A stretch of 64,000 nt of DNA. Origin: Pristiophorus japonicus. Its lineage: Eukaryota. The stretch is taken from NCBI RefSeq assembly GCF_044704955.1, contig NC_091999.1, positions 66,278,001 to 66,342,000 on the forward strand, written 5' to 3'. Under the pieces are notes generated by a model. That model saw only the letters and a program-made list of their open reading frames with translations. It searched no databases and was not told the DNA's origin. Made by a program: the position numbers and the translations under genes. Of the stretch, positions 24,534 to 39,039 are shown one piece after another. Within the stretch, counting starts at the first letter, position 1. Each line of letters opens with the position of its first letter.

Positions 24534-25499
24534 AGGTGTATACAGGGTTTTCTGGGTGATGCTGAGGTAATCACTCGACAATAAAGCGCAGAGACTGGCG
24601 GCTGGCTGCTCACTTTCCTCGGTGGGATTTAATCCGCTTTCTCACTGAATACTGTGGACAGAATTTGTCAACTTGGTAACGGAATAGTCAGAGTGACAAC
24701 ACTTTCTAAACAAGAGCACGCAAGAGAATTGGTTACCAATAAATCTTAAAGCTATTAAAAGACCTGTAATTGCCTTTTGAATAAAGTAAAATGCTGACAA
24801 ATATTGGCTGAAGCTGATCATTTTTCATCGTGGAATGCACTTGCACACATTATGCTTGTGTGCAAGAGCTTTGGACACACAGATACATAAACACACACAC
24901 ACACATAAAAACACAAACATACATACACACACACACATACACATATAGTAATGCCTTTTTGTGCTCTCTTTTCAGTTGTTCATTTAACGAGATGAGAAAG
25001 TGTTTTCCAGTAGATATTAGGACCCTGCGGCCGCCCATCCGGCGGTGCTTTGAGGTCATGGTTCCAGGCTCTGTCTGACAAAATCACTGGGTCACGTCAC
25101 AGCTAAATAGAAAATACTGGAGGAAAAACAATCGTTAACGTTAAAGAACTTGGAGAAATTGGCACAGCACAAAACAAGTGAGAATTAGTAAACTTTAACC
25201 CGCAGAGTTTGACAGTATTTCAAAGTGCAGTGCACTAATGCTCATCTTCCGTCTTGTCCCTCAATCCCAGTCCATCTCTGATAGATTGATACAAGATTCA
25301 CACCATCTTCTCAACACAAATGGTACCGTCACAATACCAGATCAATTAGAGAATGCACACAGCTGTTGATAGCAGTTAACAAAACTAAACATTCACTTCC
25401 AAATAAAAAAAATATTGCATCCTCACACCCACACACATATACATCTTTATTTATATTAATATCTATCGATCCCTCTTTATATCTTCTGTAACAGTCGCA

Positions 25500-26065
25500 A
25501 GTACAGAAATAACTGAGGCAGTTATAGTATAAGAAATAGAGAAAGGGTCCAGCACACTAATAGTTTAGACAAGATCTAGTGCAATATGTAGAGAGACAGG
25601 CATTTATTATAATATCTTCCAGCCGTTGTCTATAGCAGGAATAACTGAGACAGTGCCTCGTGTAATATAAACAGAGACAGGGTCTAGCGTAATATAAACA
25701 GAGACAGGGTCTAGTGCAACATAAACAGGGACCGAGTCTAGTGTAATATAAACTGAGACAGTGACGAGTGTAATATAAATATAGACAGGGTCTCCTGTAA
25801 AATAACCAGAGACAGGGTCTAGTGTAATATAAACAGAGACTGGGTCTAGTGTAGTATAAATAGAGACAGGGCCTAGTGTAATATATACAGAAAGAGGGTG
25901 TACAGTAAAATAAATAGGGACAGGGTCGAGTGTAATATAAACGGATATAGGTTCTAAGGTAATATAAACAGAAACAGGGTCTAGTTTAATTTAAACAGAG
26001 ACAATGTCGAGTGTAAGAAAACAGAGACTGAGTCTAGTGCAGTAATAACTGTGACAGGTGCCAGG
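25500..26065 (+). repeat. 27-bp minisatellite (gtgtaatataaacagagacagggtcta)
   Basis: Tandem degenerate 27-mers. Confidence 0.92.
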
Positions 26066-26069
26066 GCAT

Positions 26070-27065
26070 CAATAACCGCAGGGAGGATGAGCAAACCGAC
26101 CACAACACGGAGTAAAGTGGCCAATTCAAGTGGGGTTGTAAAAATAATTTTTGGGTGCGAAAGCAAAACGTGAGGAAGACACTAAAAAAAATGAGCAAGG
26201 AGATATAGACAGGGTAAGTGAGTGGGCAAAAATTTGGTAGATGGAGTGTAATCTCAGATTATCCACTTTGGCAGAAAAAAGTAATAAAGCAAATTCTACT
26301 GTAAATGGAGAAAAATTGGAAAATGCTGCGGTACAGAGTGACCTGGGTGTACTTGTGCATGAAACACGAAATGTAACTGTGCAGGTACAGCAAATAATCA
26401 GGAAGGCAACTGGAATGTAAGCCTTTATTGCAAAGGGGATGGAGTATAAAAGCAGACGAGTACTGCTACAACTATACAGGATATCGGTGAGGCCAAATCT
26501 AGAGTACTGCGTAAAGTTTTAGTCTCCAGATTTAAGGAAGGTTATACTTGCATTGGAGACTTTTCAGAGAAGGTTCATTAGGGTAATTCCGGAGAAGGGG
26601 GCGGCGGGGGTTGACGTATGAAGAAAGGTTGAGTAGGTTGAGCCTATACATGTTGGAGTTCAGAAGAATGAGAGATGATTTTATCGAAAAATATCAGATA
26701 ATGAGGAGGCTTGAGAAGGTGGATTCAGAGAGGACATATCCACTCACAGGGGAAACCAAACTAGGAGGCTTAATCTCAGAATAAGAGGCTGCCATTTAAA
26801 ATTGAGATGAGGAGGAATTTCTTCTCTGGCTGTGGAATTATCTGCAACAGAGAGCAGTGGAGACTGGGTCATTGAATAAATGTAAGACGGAGACGGAAAG
26901 ATTTTTGAGCGATAAGGGAATAAACAGTTAGGGGGAGTGGGCAGGGCATTGGAGCTGAATCCATGGTCAGACCAGCCATGAACTTATTAAATGGCAAAGA
27001 AGGCTTGAGGGGCCAAATGGCTTACTCCTGCTACTATTTCGTATATTTTTATGTTTTTGTATTCT
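26070..27065 (+). mobile_element. CR1 3' fragment
   Basis: Decayed RT C-terminus and CR1 3' UTR (ggccaaatggcttactcctgct). Confidence 0.88.
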
Positions 27066-28237
27066 AAGGTCCTAGTGCGATGTACAAAGCTGCCTTGACC
27101 ACTGCAATTGCGGTAGGAACTGGTGTTTTATAAACTTAGACGGGTCTTTGTGTCATATGAACCGAGACATGATGTAGATGGAGAATCACAGAATAGAAGA
27201 ATGATACAGCACATTACGTGCACATTCAGCCTTTCAGTGTCTGTGCCTGCACTAAGTTGAAACAGCTCACCAATTGGTCCCACTTCCCCTGCTATTTCCC
27301 AATAACTCAGCATTTTTTCCAGTTTAATTATTTACCCAATTCAGTTTTGAAATTTATTACTGGAACTGCTTCCAGCACCCTATCAGATATTGTATTCTAG
27401 ATCATAACAGCTCATTGTGTATTTCTTTTTCCTTGTTTTGCCTCGGTTTCTTTTGCCAAGTTCCATAAATCTGTGTCATCTGGTTGCAGACCCGACAGCA
27501 CCTGGAAAATTATCTTATTTAAAGTGCCAGAACTATTCTCGATCTTTGACATGTTTGTAAAAGCTCCGTTTAACCTTCTCTGCTTTAATGACAACAATCT
27601 CAATGCCCCGTGTGTACTAATTGAACTGAAGACGTTTATCCAAGTTACTATCCTAGTAAATTCCCCAAGCACCCTTTCCAAGGCCATTCAATCTTTCCTA
27701 ATTGTGGCGCTCAGAATTAAATACAATACTCCAGCTGGAGTATAACCAGTAGAACCAGAAACAGTGCAAAAGGAAAAAAAGAATCGGTTGGGCTGAGAAA
27801 GGAATGGTGGGAGGGATAAGTGGATCAAGTTAGGGGTGGAGTGATGGAGGGGGCGAGGGATGGACGGAGGTAGGGATGGGTGCAGGGAGGAGCGATTGAT
27901 GTAGGGAGGGAGGGAGGACTGGAGCAAGGGAGGGTTGGTGTATTGGACGGGTGGAGTGTGGCGGAGGGAGGGAGTGGTGTGTCAAGGCAGGGAGCGATTG
28001 ATGGAGGGAGGTATGGAGGGCGGGAGGGATGAAGGAATGGAGGGATGTAGAGACGGGGGATGGTGGGAGGGATGTTCGGAGGGAGTGATCGAGTATCTCT
28101 CAATTTACCTGATCAAACCTTTTCACGATTTTGAGCACCTCTATTCAGTGGCCCATAACCTGCTCGGCTGCAAGGAGAACAATCGCAGCTTCCAACCACT
28201 CTGATGGTGCAGCTTACCCAGTGTAAAACTCAAGTTC

Positions 28238-29266
28238 AGAATGGCAGGCAGTGATTAGTGGAGCATCGCAGGGTTCAGTGCTGGGACGCCAGTCCTTTAC
28301 AATATATATTAATGATTGAGTGTAATATCTCGAAGTTTGCAGACGACACTAATCTGGGTGGTGGTGTGAGCTGTGAGGAGGACGCTAAAAGGATGCAGGG
28401 CGATTTGGACAGGTTTGGTGAGTGGGCAAGTGCATGGCAGATGCAGTATAATGTGGATAACTGTGATGTTATCCACTTTGGAGGCAAAAACACAGAGGCA
28501 AAATATTAGCTGAATGGCAGCAAATTAGGAAAGGTGTAGGTGCAGCGATACCTGGGTGTCATGGTTCATCAGTCATTGAAAGTTGGCATGCAGTTACAGC
28601 AGGCGGTGAAGAAGGCAAATGGTATGTTTGGCTTCATTGCTAGGGGATTTATTATAGGAACAGACTTGTCTTACTGCAGTCGTACAGGGCCTTGGTGAGG
28701 CCACACCTAATATTGTGTTCAGTTTTAGTCTCCTAATCTGAGGAAGCACGTACTTGCTATTGAGGGAGTGCAGCGAAGCTTCACCAGACTGATTTCCGGA
28801 TTGGCGGGACTGACATATGATGAGAGGAGAGATTGGATCAGTAGGGCCTTTATACACTGGAGTTTAGAAGGATGAGCGGGGATCTCATAGGAAGTTGCTA
28901 GATTCCGACGGGACTGGGCAGGTTAAATGCGGGAAGAATGTTCCCGATGATGGGGAAGTCCATAACGAGGGGACACAATCATAGGATAAGGGGTAAGCCA
29001 CTTAGGACAGAGATGAGGATAAACTTCTTCACTCAGACAATTGTGAACCTGTGGAAATCCCTCCTGCAGAGAGTTGTTGATGCCAGTTCATTGGATATAT
29101 TCAAGTGGGAGTTAGATATGGCCCGTGCTGCTAAAGGGATCAAGGCGTATGGAGAGAAGCAGGAAAGGAGTACTGAGGGAATGATCTTATTGAATGGTGG
29201 TGCAGGCTCGAAGAGCTGAATGGCCTACTCCTGCACCTATTTTCTATGTTTTTATGTTCGTATATT
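28238..29266 (+). mobile_element. CR1 3' ~1 kb inserted in the last exon-like block of copy 2
   Basis: SKFADDTNLGG, RPHL, FFTQTIVNLW; the flanks aagttc|cgtgag are contiguous in copy 1 (~19968-19980). Confidence 0.92.
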
Positions 29267-31749
29267 TCCGTGAGTGCCTCTGCCTCGTGACTTCCAGATG
29301 TTCCCTGCGGAATAGCTGACACTTTTGTATAGACGTATTGGAAACCCCAGTGTCGGAATGACATCCCAGGAAAAATAAGAGAACTCGTCCCTGATATGAA
29401 ACGGATCGGTGTAAGATTCGGCTCAGGCCCTGAACTTCAGACACGGTGAGCTGAATGCCAGCCTTTTAAAAGACAAGCTGTGATATGTTCAAGCTTCGGC
29501 TCAGTGGGATCACTCTCGGTCTTTGACTCAGAATGTTACAGGTACTAAACCACACTCCAGAGACCTGAGCCCATAATTTAAACCGACAAGCCTGGTGCCA
29601 GTACTGTAGGCATGCTGCACTGTCAGAGTTGCCGTTTTTCAGGGTACACAAGAAACTGATGCCCCGTTTTCCCACTCAGTTATATTTAAAGGACTCGTGG
29701 CACTATCTTAAAGAGCAAAGGACTGCTCCAGGGTTCCCAGCGGAAAACTTTATCCGCCAAACAACATCTGAAAAATAGATTATTTGATCATTACTTTATT
29801 GCTATTTGTGGGATCTTGCCTTGTACTATTGACTGCAACATTTCCTACGTTACAACCGCGACCACACTTCCGAAATAAATAATTGGCTTTAAAACACTTT
29901 AGGACAACATGAGGTCATGAAAGGTGCTATATAAGTGCAAGTGTTTCTAAATGTCAACATTTGAAAATACAAGTTGCGATATGTGAAAATCTCATATATT
30001 ACTGTGATTATCCCACACTCCTCTGCTCACTGGTTTAACGTATTAAGTTTCAAAGGATTACATATCCCACGAAATGGCGATCCAGTGGAATAGCAGCCTG
30101 TTCAGAGATGTTCCACTGAGTTTGGCAGCAGAACTTTCAGAACGGAATTATTCATTTTAAAATTTATTCCCTTTGATATAAAACACATCTGTTCGAATTG
30201 AACAAAACTGAAGCCAAAGTCACTGTTCGAGATATGTATATGTGTGTGTACCAACTGTGAATATTCTTAAAATAAACCATTGTTGTGAGTTGAAACGAAT
30301 CAATAAGTGAGTCTGTTTATCTGAGTTTGCTGCCATGAACATTTCATGGGAACCAGTGAGAAGTTTCTGTAAATAAACACAGAAATAGCAGTTTCAGATT
30401 AGAGCATTGAGCGACAGAAACACAATAAATGTTTCCCCACAAACACAGCACAGAAATAAAGATAGGGAGAAATGCAAATCTCTCAACAGATTCCAGCAAC
30501 AATTGTTCTTTGATACATTTCTCTAAATTATAGGAGGGTAAAGTAAAGATGATCCCCACGGACAGAATGGGGAAAGATTCTAGTTATTGTATATCGTGAC
30601 ATCACAAATGTGACAATGGAGATTTCCTGTATCCTCCCCCTCTCCTATTTCCACTTTCCGTCTTGTCTCTCAGGAATGCATAATTGGCCTTCCCCCAACT
30701 AGATGCCAATATCTAACAAACGTTTTCATTGGTCCGGAATGATATGCCTCGAAACATATTGATTGGAGTGCGCAGAGGAACCTTGAATCCAAAATGTGAC
30801 ATGTGCATTTAATGATCTGGGAGTTTTTGATGGGACAATGTAGAGGGAACTTTAAACTGTATCTAAACCGTGCTGTACCAGCCCTGGGCGTGTTTGATGG
30901 GACTGTGTAGACACTGCTTTACTCTGCATCTAACCCGTGCTGTACCTGCCCTGGGAATGTTTGATGGGACAGTGTAGATGGAGCATTACTCTGCATCTGA
31001 CACATGCTGTACCTGCCCTGTGAGTTGCATAATTTAGTGCAGTAATTACCAAGACAGGTCTAGTTTATTTTAACATGAAAGAATGGGGCTAGTGTAATAT
31101 TAAGAGTGTCTTTGTATAATTTCCTACAAACAGAGACAGGGTCTTCAGTAATAGGAACAAAGGCATGGCATACTCCAGTAATATCTGAGACAGGGCCTCG
31201 TATAATATTAGTATTTCTAGTGCAGTAATATCTGAGGTAGTGGTTTGTGCAATAATTACTGATACTGGGATACTTTTTATTGGTTCCTGGCATGCGGCTG
31301 TGGCTGTCGCTGGCAAGGCCAACATTGATCGTCTATCCCTAATTGGCCTTGAAAAGCATTTGGTGAGCTGCCACCTTGAACTGCAGCTCCCGTGTGGTGA
31401 AGGTACTCCCATACTTTTAGGGAGGGTGTTCCACGAATTTGACCCAGCGGTTATGAAGAATCGGGAATAACTTTCCAAGTTAAGATGGTGTGTGATTTGG
31501 AGTGTTATGTGGAGTTGATGGTGCTCCCATAAGCCTGCAGCCCTTGTCCTTCTAGGTGGAAGATGTCATAGGTTTGGAAAGTGCTGTCGAAGAAATCTTG
31601 GCGAGATGCTGCAATGCATCTAGAACTCACTGCAGACATAGTGCGCCGGTGGTGGAGGTAGTGAATATTTAACGTGGTGGATGGGGTGATATAAACAGGA
31701 ATAGGGTCGAGTGTAGAAATAAATGAGACAGGTTCTGGTGTATTATACA

Positions 31750-32915
31750 ATCATACACTGGTTACAGCACAGAAGAGCGCAGTTTGGCCCATATATCCCG
31801 TGCCGATCTCTGCAAGAATATTTCAGCTAGTCCACTCCCCCGCCCATTCCCGTAGACCTGTGAATTTTCTTGTTGAGGTTCTTATACAGTTCGCTTTGTA
31901 ATGTCATGATTGACTCTGCCTCCACCATCCTTTCAAGCAGTGCATTCCAGATCCTAACCACGAGCTGTGTAAAAACGTTTTCTTCATGTCACCTTTGGTT
32001 CTTCTGTCAATCACCATAAATCTGTGTCCTCTGTTCCCGAACCATACTGGAATTGGAAAGGTTTCTCTCCAGCTAATCTGTCTAGACGACTTATGATTCT
32101 GATCACCGCTCTCAAATCTGATTTTAACCTTCTCTGCTCAAAGGAGAACAATCCCAGCTTCTCCAGTCTGTCCACAAAAGTGAAGTACCTTAGCCCTGGA
32201 ACAACACATAAAACTTTTCTGCCCCGACTCGAAGGCCTTCACATCCTTCCTAAAGTTTGGTGCCCAGAATTGGAAACAATACTCCAGTTGAGGCCTAACC
32301 TGTGTTTCATACAGATTCATCATAATTTGCTTGCTTTTGTATTCTATGCTTCTATTTATGAAGCCCAGGATCCCGTATGCTTTTTAAACCACTTTCTCAA
32401 CCTGTCCTTCCAACTTCGAGAATGCATGCAAACATACCTCCAGGTCAATCTGTTCATCACACCCTTTACAATTGTACCCTTTCGTTTATTTTGCTCCACG
32501 TTCTTCCTACAAAAATGTATCACTTCAAAATGTTCTCCGTTTCATTTGCCACGTGCCCACCAATTCCGCCAGCATATCTATGTCCTATTGCAGTCAGCAC
32601 TATCCTCCTCACTGTTCACTCTGCTTCCAAGCTTTGGATGATATGAAAATTTTGAAATCGTTCCGAGTACAACAAAATCTACGTAATGAATATAAATCAA
32701 GATAAGCAGAGTTCCTATTCCCAACCGCTGCGGAACACCACTGTGTACCTTCGTACAGTCCAAATAAAAACACTACTCTCTGATTCCTGTCACTCAGCCA
32801 ATTTTATATCCATGCAACCACTGTCCTTTTTATTTTTTGGGCTTCAACTTTGCTGGCAAGGATATTATGAAGACACTTTATCCAACGCTTTTTGGAAGTG
32901 GAACACATCAACCAT
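31750..32915 (-). mobile_element. CR1 3' fragment
   Basis: VRPQLEYCFQFWAPNFRKDVKA; HSGVPQRLG; paralogous to ~23005-23880. Confidence 0.85.
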
Positions 32916-33904
32916 ATAAGCTGAGACTGTGTAAAGTGCATTAAAAACTGAGACTGGGTCTGGTGTAATGAGAGAAACAATCAGTCAGACAATAACAGAT
33001 TTATTAACCTCATGCCAGGTACAGGAGCATTTTAATTTTTTCATCACTTACACTAATCATCCACAGTGGAGGTAAATCTCAGGACCTTCCATGTGACGGT
33101 GAGGTGATCACTCGACAATTAAGCGCAGAGACCGGTGGGGGGCTGCTCATTATACTCGGTGGGTTTTAATCCCCTTTCCCACTGAACACAGCGACAGACA
33201 TGGTCACCTTGGTAACGGAATGGTCAGTGTGCCATCACTTTCTAAACAAGAGCATACAGGACAATGGGTGATCAATAAATGTTAAAGTTATTAAACGACA
33301 TGAATTGCATTTTGAATAAAATAAAATGCTGAAAAGTAATGGTTGAAGCTAATCATTTATCTTTGTGGAATACACAGATAATCAATTATGTGTTTTGTAG
33401 ACTCACACGCACACATACACACACACATATAGCAAAAACTTTGGGTGTGCTCTTTTCAGTTGTTAATATTAACCAGATGAGAGTATTTTTTCAGGAGGAT
33501 ATTAGGACCACGAGGCCGCTCAACCGGCAGTTCTGTGAGGTGACGGTTCCAGGCTCTGTCTGACATAATCAGTGGGTCACGTGACAGCTAACGAGCAAAT
33601 AGTGCAGGAAAAACAATCCTTAACATTAAAGAACTCGGAGGAATTGGACAAAACACGTGCGAATTAGTAAACTTTAACACACAGAGTGCCACGAAGTAGT
33701 GCAAAGTGCAGTGCACGATTCCTTACCTTCAGTCGTGTCCCTTAATCCCAGTCCATCTCTTGGAGATTGTTACAAAATTCACCACATCCTCTCAACACAT
33801 AGATGAACGAAACAATACCAGATCAAGCAGAAATTGCACACATCACTTGATAGCTGTTAAAAAAACTAAACATATACTTCAAACCAAAAAAGTATTGAAT
33901 CCTC

Positions 33905-34700
33905 ACAGGGCTAGTATAATATAACATAGACAGGGTATGTGCAATATAAAGAGAGAAAAGGTATCGTGTAATATAAGCATGGACAGAGCCGAATGGAATG
34001 TAAGCAGCGGCAGGGTCTAGTGCCATATAAAAATAGACATGGACGAGTGTAACATAAAGAGAGACAGGCCTAACATAACATAAACAGGGACAGGGTCTCG
34101 TGTAAACTAAACTGAGACACGGTCTACTGTAATATAAACTGAGACAGGCTGAATTGTATTATAAACTGAGACAGGGTCTAGTGTAATGTAAACAGAGGCA
34201 CGGTCTAGTGTAATATAAACAGCGACAGGGCCTAGTGTAATATAAACTGAGACAGAGTCGCGCGGAATATAAACAGTGACAGTGTCTAGTGCAATATAAA
34301 CAGATACAGCGTCTAGTGTAATATAAACAGGGACAGGATCGAGTTAAATATAATCTGAGGCAGGGTCCAGTGTAATATAAACAGAGTTGTGATGCAGTGT
34401 AATATAAACAGATACAGGGCCTAGTTTAATATAAACAAAGACAGGGCCTCGTATAATATAAACAGCGACAGGGTCTAGTGTAATATAAACAGAGACATGT
34501 CTTCGTGTAGTAGAAACAGAAACTGGGGCTAGGGTAATATAAATACAGACAGTGTCTAGTGTAATATAAACAGAGAGAATGTCGAGTTTATTATAAACAG
34601 AGATGGCCGAGCGTAATAAAATCAGGAACAAGGTATAGTGTAATCTAAACAGAGACAGGACCTCGTGTAATATAAACAAATACACCGTATAACGTAATAA
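33905..34700 (+). repeat. 27-bp minisatellite array
   Basis: Tandem gtgtaatataaacagagacagggtcta units. Confidence 0.95.
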
Positions 34701-34704
34701 CAAT

Positions 34705-36140
34705 AAGAACAGAAGAACAAAAGAACTCGGGACAGAAGTTGGCCGCCTGTCCCCTGAAGCCTGCTCTGCCATCTAATAAGATCGTGGCTGACCTGATAAT
34801 GGACTCAGCCCCACTTCCCTGTCAGCACCCCATAACCCTTTATTCACATATCGCTCAAACATCGGTCTATCTCCGCCTTCAATATATTCAATGACCTCGC
34901 TTCCACAGCTCTGCGTAGCAGCGAATACCATCGATGGACAGCCCTCTGAGAGGAGAAATTCTTCCTCATCTCTGGTTAAATGGGCGGCCCGTTATTTTGA
35001 GACTATGTCCCCTCGTTTTATTTTCTCCTATGAGTGGAAATCTCCTCTCTGCTTCCACCTTGTCGAGCATCCACATTACCTTAAAAGTTTCAATAATTCA
35101 ACTCTGATTCTTCTGAACTCAATTGTGTATCGGCCCAACATACTCAACCTATCTTCATAAGTTAATCCCCTCATCTCCGGAATCAACCTAGTGAACGTTC
35201 TCTGAACAACGTCCAATGCAAATACATCCTTCCTTAAATACAGAGATCAAAACTGCCTGCACTACTCTAGATGTGGCCTCACGAAGACCCTGTACAGTTG
35301 TAGCAGGACTTCTCTGCCATTATATTCTATCCCCTTGCAATAAAGGTCAACATACCATTTGCGTTCCTGGTTATCTGCTGTAAATGCACGCTAACTTTTT
35401 GTGTTTCATGCACAAGGACACTCAGGTCCCTCTGTACTGCAGCACTTGGCAATTTTTCTACATTTATATTATAATTTGCTTTTCTATTTTTTCTGCCAAA
35501 GTGGGTAAACTCACATTTTCCCACGTTATATTCCATCTGCCAAATTTTTGACCACTCACTTAGCCTGGCTATATCGCTTTGCAGATGTATTGTGTTCTAC
35601 TCATAGATTGCTTTCACACCCATCTTTTTACCATCAGCAAATGTGCCTATATTACACTCAGTATCTTCATCCCCGTCATTAATATAGAATGTAAATAGTG
35701 TAGGCTGCAGCACGATCCCTGCGGCACCACACGACACAGTTTGCCAACCGGAAAATTACCCATTATCCCGGTTCTCTGTTTTCTGTTATTTAACCAATAA
35801 TCTATCCATGCTAATAAATCACCCCCAACCCTCTGAACATTTATCTTGTGCAGTAACCTTTTTTATAGCAGCTAATCGATTGCCTTCTGGAAATACAAAT
35901 ACACCACATTCACTTGTTCTACTTCATCCACCCTGCTCGTTACAACCTTAAAGAAATCCATCAAATTTGTCAAACATTATTTCCCTTTCTTAAAACCATG
36001 CTGACTCTTGTTGATTAAATTATACTTTTCCAAATGCCCATTACAGCTTCCTTAATAATGGACTCCAGCATTTTCCCAACGACAGATGTTAGCTAATTTG
36101 GTCTATAAGTTACTGCTTTTGTCCACGTCCTTTTTTAGAT
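34705..36140 (-). mobile_element. CR1 3' ~1.4 kb
   Basis: MEYNVGKCE..HFGRKN, QRDL.VLVHETQKVS; CR1 3' UTR. Confidence 0.9.
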
Positions 36141-37545
36141 GGGGACAGGATCTAGTATAATATAAACAGTGATATCGTCTAGTATGAATTAAACAGTGAC
36201 AACGTCTAGTGTAAGATAAACAGAAACAGGTTGTAGTTTAATATAAAGAGAGACAGGGTCTGTGTAATATAAACATGGGCAGGGTCTAGTGTAATATAAA
36301 CAGATACAAGGGATATTATAATATATAACAAAAGACAGGGTCTTGCGCAGTAATAATTAAGACAAGGCACTATTTTATATAAGCAGAGATCCTGTTAAAT
36401 GCAATGTAAAGAGAAATATGATTTAGCAGAATTGTAACTTAGTCAGGGCCTAAAGACCTTTAAACAGAGACAGGGACTAAGTTAATATAAACAGAGACAG
36501 ATTCGAGTGTAATATCAACAGGGACATGGTCCAGTGTACTGTAAACAGAGACAGGGCCTAATGTAAAATAAACAGAGACAGGGTGTAATGCAATATAAGC
36601 AGAGACAGGGTCTAGTGTAAGATAAACAGAGCCAGGGTCGAGTTTAATACAAACAGAGGCAGGGTCTGGTGTAAAATAAACCGAGAGAGGATCGAGTTTA
36701 ATATAACAGAGATATGGTCTCGTGAAATAAAAACACGGACAGTATCGAGTGTATTATAAACAGAGACATGGTCTGTTGTAATATAAACGGAGACACAGTC
36801 TAGTGTAATAAAAACAGAGACAGGGGCTAGTTTATTTTAAACAGAGACACGGACCAGTGTAATAAAAACAGAGAGAGGGTCGAGTGTAATATACACAGAG
36901 AGAGCTTGTGGTATAATGTAAACCGAGACAGGATCTCTTGTAATATAAACAGAGACATGGTCTTGTGTAATATAAACAGAGGCAGGGTGTAAAGTAATAT
37001 AAAAATAGACATGGTCTAGTTTAATATAAACAGAGACAGGGTCTAGTGTAATATGAACAGAGACAGGATCTCGTGAAATTTAAACAGAGATCGGTTGTAG
37101 TGCAATATAAACAGAAAAGTCTTGTGTAATATATAAATAAAACCGGGTCTAGTGCAGTAATAACTGAGACAGGGCGCAGTGTAATATAAACAGAGACACG
37201 GTTGAATGTAATATAAAGAGAAACATGATTTGGCACAATGGTAACTGAGTTCGGGCCTAGACCCTCAAAACAAATAAAAGTTCTATATAACGTAAACAGA
37301 GACTGGACTAGTGCAGTCATAACTGAGACAGGGTTTAATATAATAAAAAGAGAAACAGGGTCTCATCTAATATAAACAAAGACAGAGTCTACTGCAGAAA
37401 ATACTGCGACCGCGTCTAATATAATATCAACGAAGTCAGGACACTGTGCAATAATAACTGAGACAGGTCTTAATACAATCAAAACAAAGACAGTGCCTCG
37501 TGTCATATAAAATGAGACATAGTCTTGTGCAGTAATAGCTGTGCC
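36141..37545 (+). repeat. 27-bp minisatellite array
   Basis: About 50 degenerate units. Confidence 0.95.
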
Positions 37546-37596
37546 CTCTGGATAATGGCCCTCATGTCAGTGTAAACATTTTCATAGAATCGTCAG

Positions 37597-39035
37597 AACA
37601 TAAGAACATAAGAAATAGGAGCAGGTGCAGGCCAGCTGGCCCTACGAGCCTGCTGGACCATTTAACGACATCATTGCTGATCTGATCATGGACAGAGCTC
37701 GACTTCCCCGCCCGCTCCCCATAACCGTTCATTCGTTTATCGCTCATAAATCTGCCTATCTCCACCTTAAATACATTCAATGACACGCCCTCCACAGCTC
37801 TCTGGGACAGCAAATTCCGCAGATTTACAGTCCTCGGAGAGAAGAAATTCCTCCTCATCTCAGTTTTAAATGGGCAGACACCTTATTCTCAGACGATGTC
37901 CCCAAGTTTTATTTTCCCCGATGAGTGCAAATATCCTCTCTGCATCCACCTTGTCGAGTCCCACATTACCTTTTACATTTCGATAAGATCCCCTCTCATT
38001 GTACTTAACTCCAATATGTATAGACCCAACCTACTCAACCTATCTTAGTAAGTCATCCCCCTCATGTCCGAAATCAGCTAAGTGAACCTTCACTGAGCAA
38101 CCTCCAATGCACGTATATCCTTCCTGAAATACGGAGACCAAAACTGTACGCAGTACACCAGGTGTGGCCTCACCAATACCCTGTACAGTTGTAGCAGGCC
38201 ACCTTTGCTTTTATACTTTATCCCCCTTGCACTAAAGCCCAGAATATCATTTGCCTTCCTGATTACTTGCAGTACCTGCATACTAACTTTTTGTGTTTCA
38301 TGCACAAGGACATACAGATCTCGCTGACCTGCAGCACTTAGCAATTTTTCTCCATTTAACTTAAAATTTGCTTTTCTACTTTTTTCTTCCAAAAGGGATA
38401 ACCTCACATTTTCTCTCATGAGACTCCATCTGCCGATTTTTTGCCCACTCACTTAGCCTGTCTATATCCCTTTGCAGATATTTTGTGTCCTCCTCAAAAT
38501 TTGTTTTCCCACCCATCTTTTTATTGTCAGCAACCTTGGCTATATTACACTCTGTCCCTTCTTCCGAGACATTAACATAGATTGTAAAATTTGAGGACAC
38601 AGCACCGATCCCTGCGGCACCACACTCGTCACTGTTATCCGACCGTAAAATGTCCCATTTATCCCAACTCTCTGATTTCTGTTCGTTAGCCAAGCCTCTA
38701 TCCATGCGAATACATTAGCCCCAACCCCACGAAATTTATCTTGTGCAGGAAACTTTTATGTGGCACCTAATCGTTTGCTTTCTTGAAATCCAAATATAAC
38801 ACATCCACTGGTTCTCCCTTATCCACCGTGATCGTTACATCCTCAATGAACACAAGCAAATTTGTCAAACATGAATTCCTTTTCATAAAACCATGCTGAC
38901 TTTGCTTGATTGAATTATGCGTTTCCAAATATCCTGCTACTACTTCCGTAATCATGGAGTCCAGCATTTTCCCAATGACAGATGTTAGGCTAACTTGTCT
39001 GTAGTTTCCTGCTTTTTGCCTGTTTCCTTTTTAAA
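37597..39035 (-). mobile_element. CR1 3' ~1.4 kb
   Basis: QHGFMKRNSCLTNLL...YLDFKKA; RPHLVYCVQFWSP; MRRNFFS; aacataagaacataaga tail. Confidence 0.92.
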
Positions 39036-39039
39036 ATCG

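Larger units (their letters stand above)
19660..25480 (-). pseudogene. Copy 1 of a triplicated unit carrying an unidentified multi-exon-like relic
   Basis: Unique blocks mostly bounded by AG/GT on the - strand: ~25362-25246, 25074-24989, 24705-23972 (CR1-interrupted), 21435-21246, 21208-21166, 20952-20720, 20135-~19955; homologous to copies 2 and 3. Duplication is certain; coding identity is not. Confidence 0.5.
27790..33900 (-). pseudogene. Copy 2 of the triplicated unit
   Basis: Same block order as copy 1: ~33853-33727, 33559-33474, 33241-33009, 30747-30560, ~30522-30480, 30265-30031, 29429-~28219 (CR1-interrupted); shares the purine-rich repeat, SINE, 66-mer, LINE fragment and (CA)n positions. 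Confidence 0.5.

Noticed and set aside
30031-30265. SDFGF (kinase DFG-like), Tudor-like and YQGRV (Ig-like) strings in the triplicated relic
   Set aside because: They occur in mutually incompatible frames, and the surrounding conserved motifs and spacing are missing; no family call is justified.
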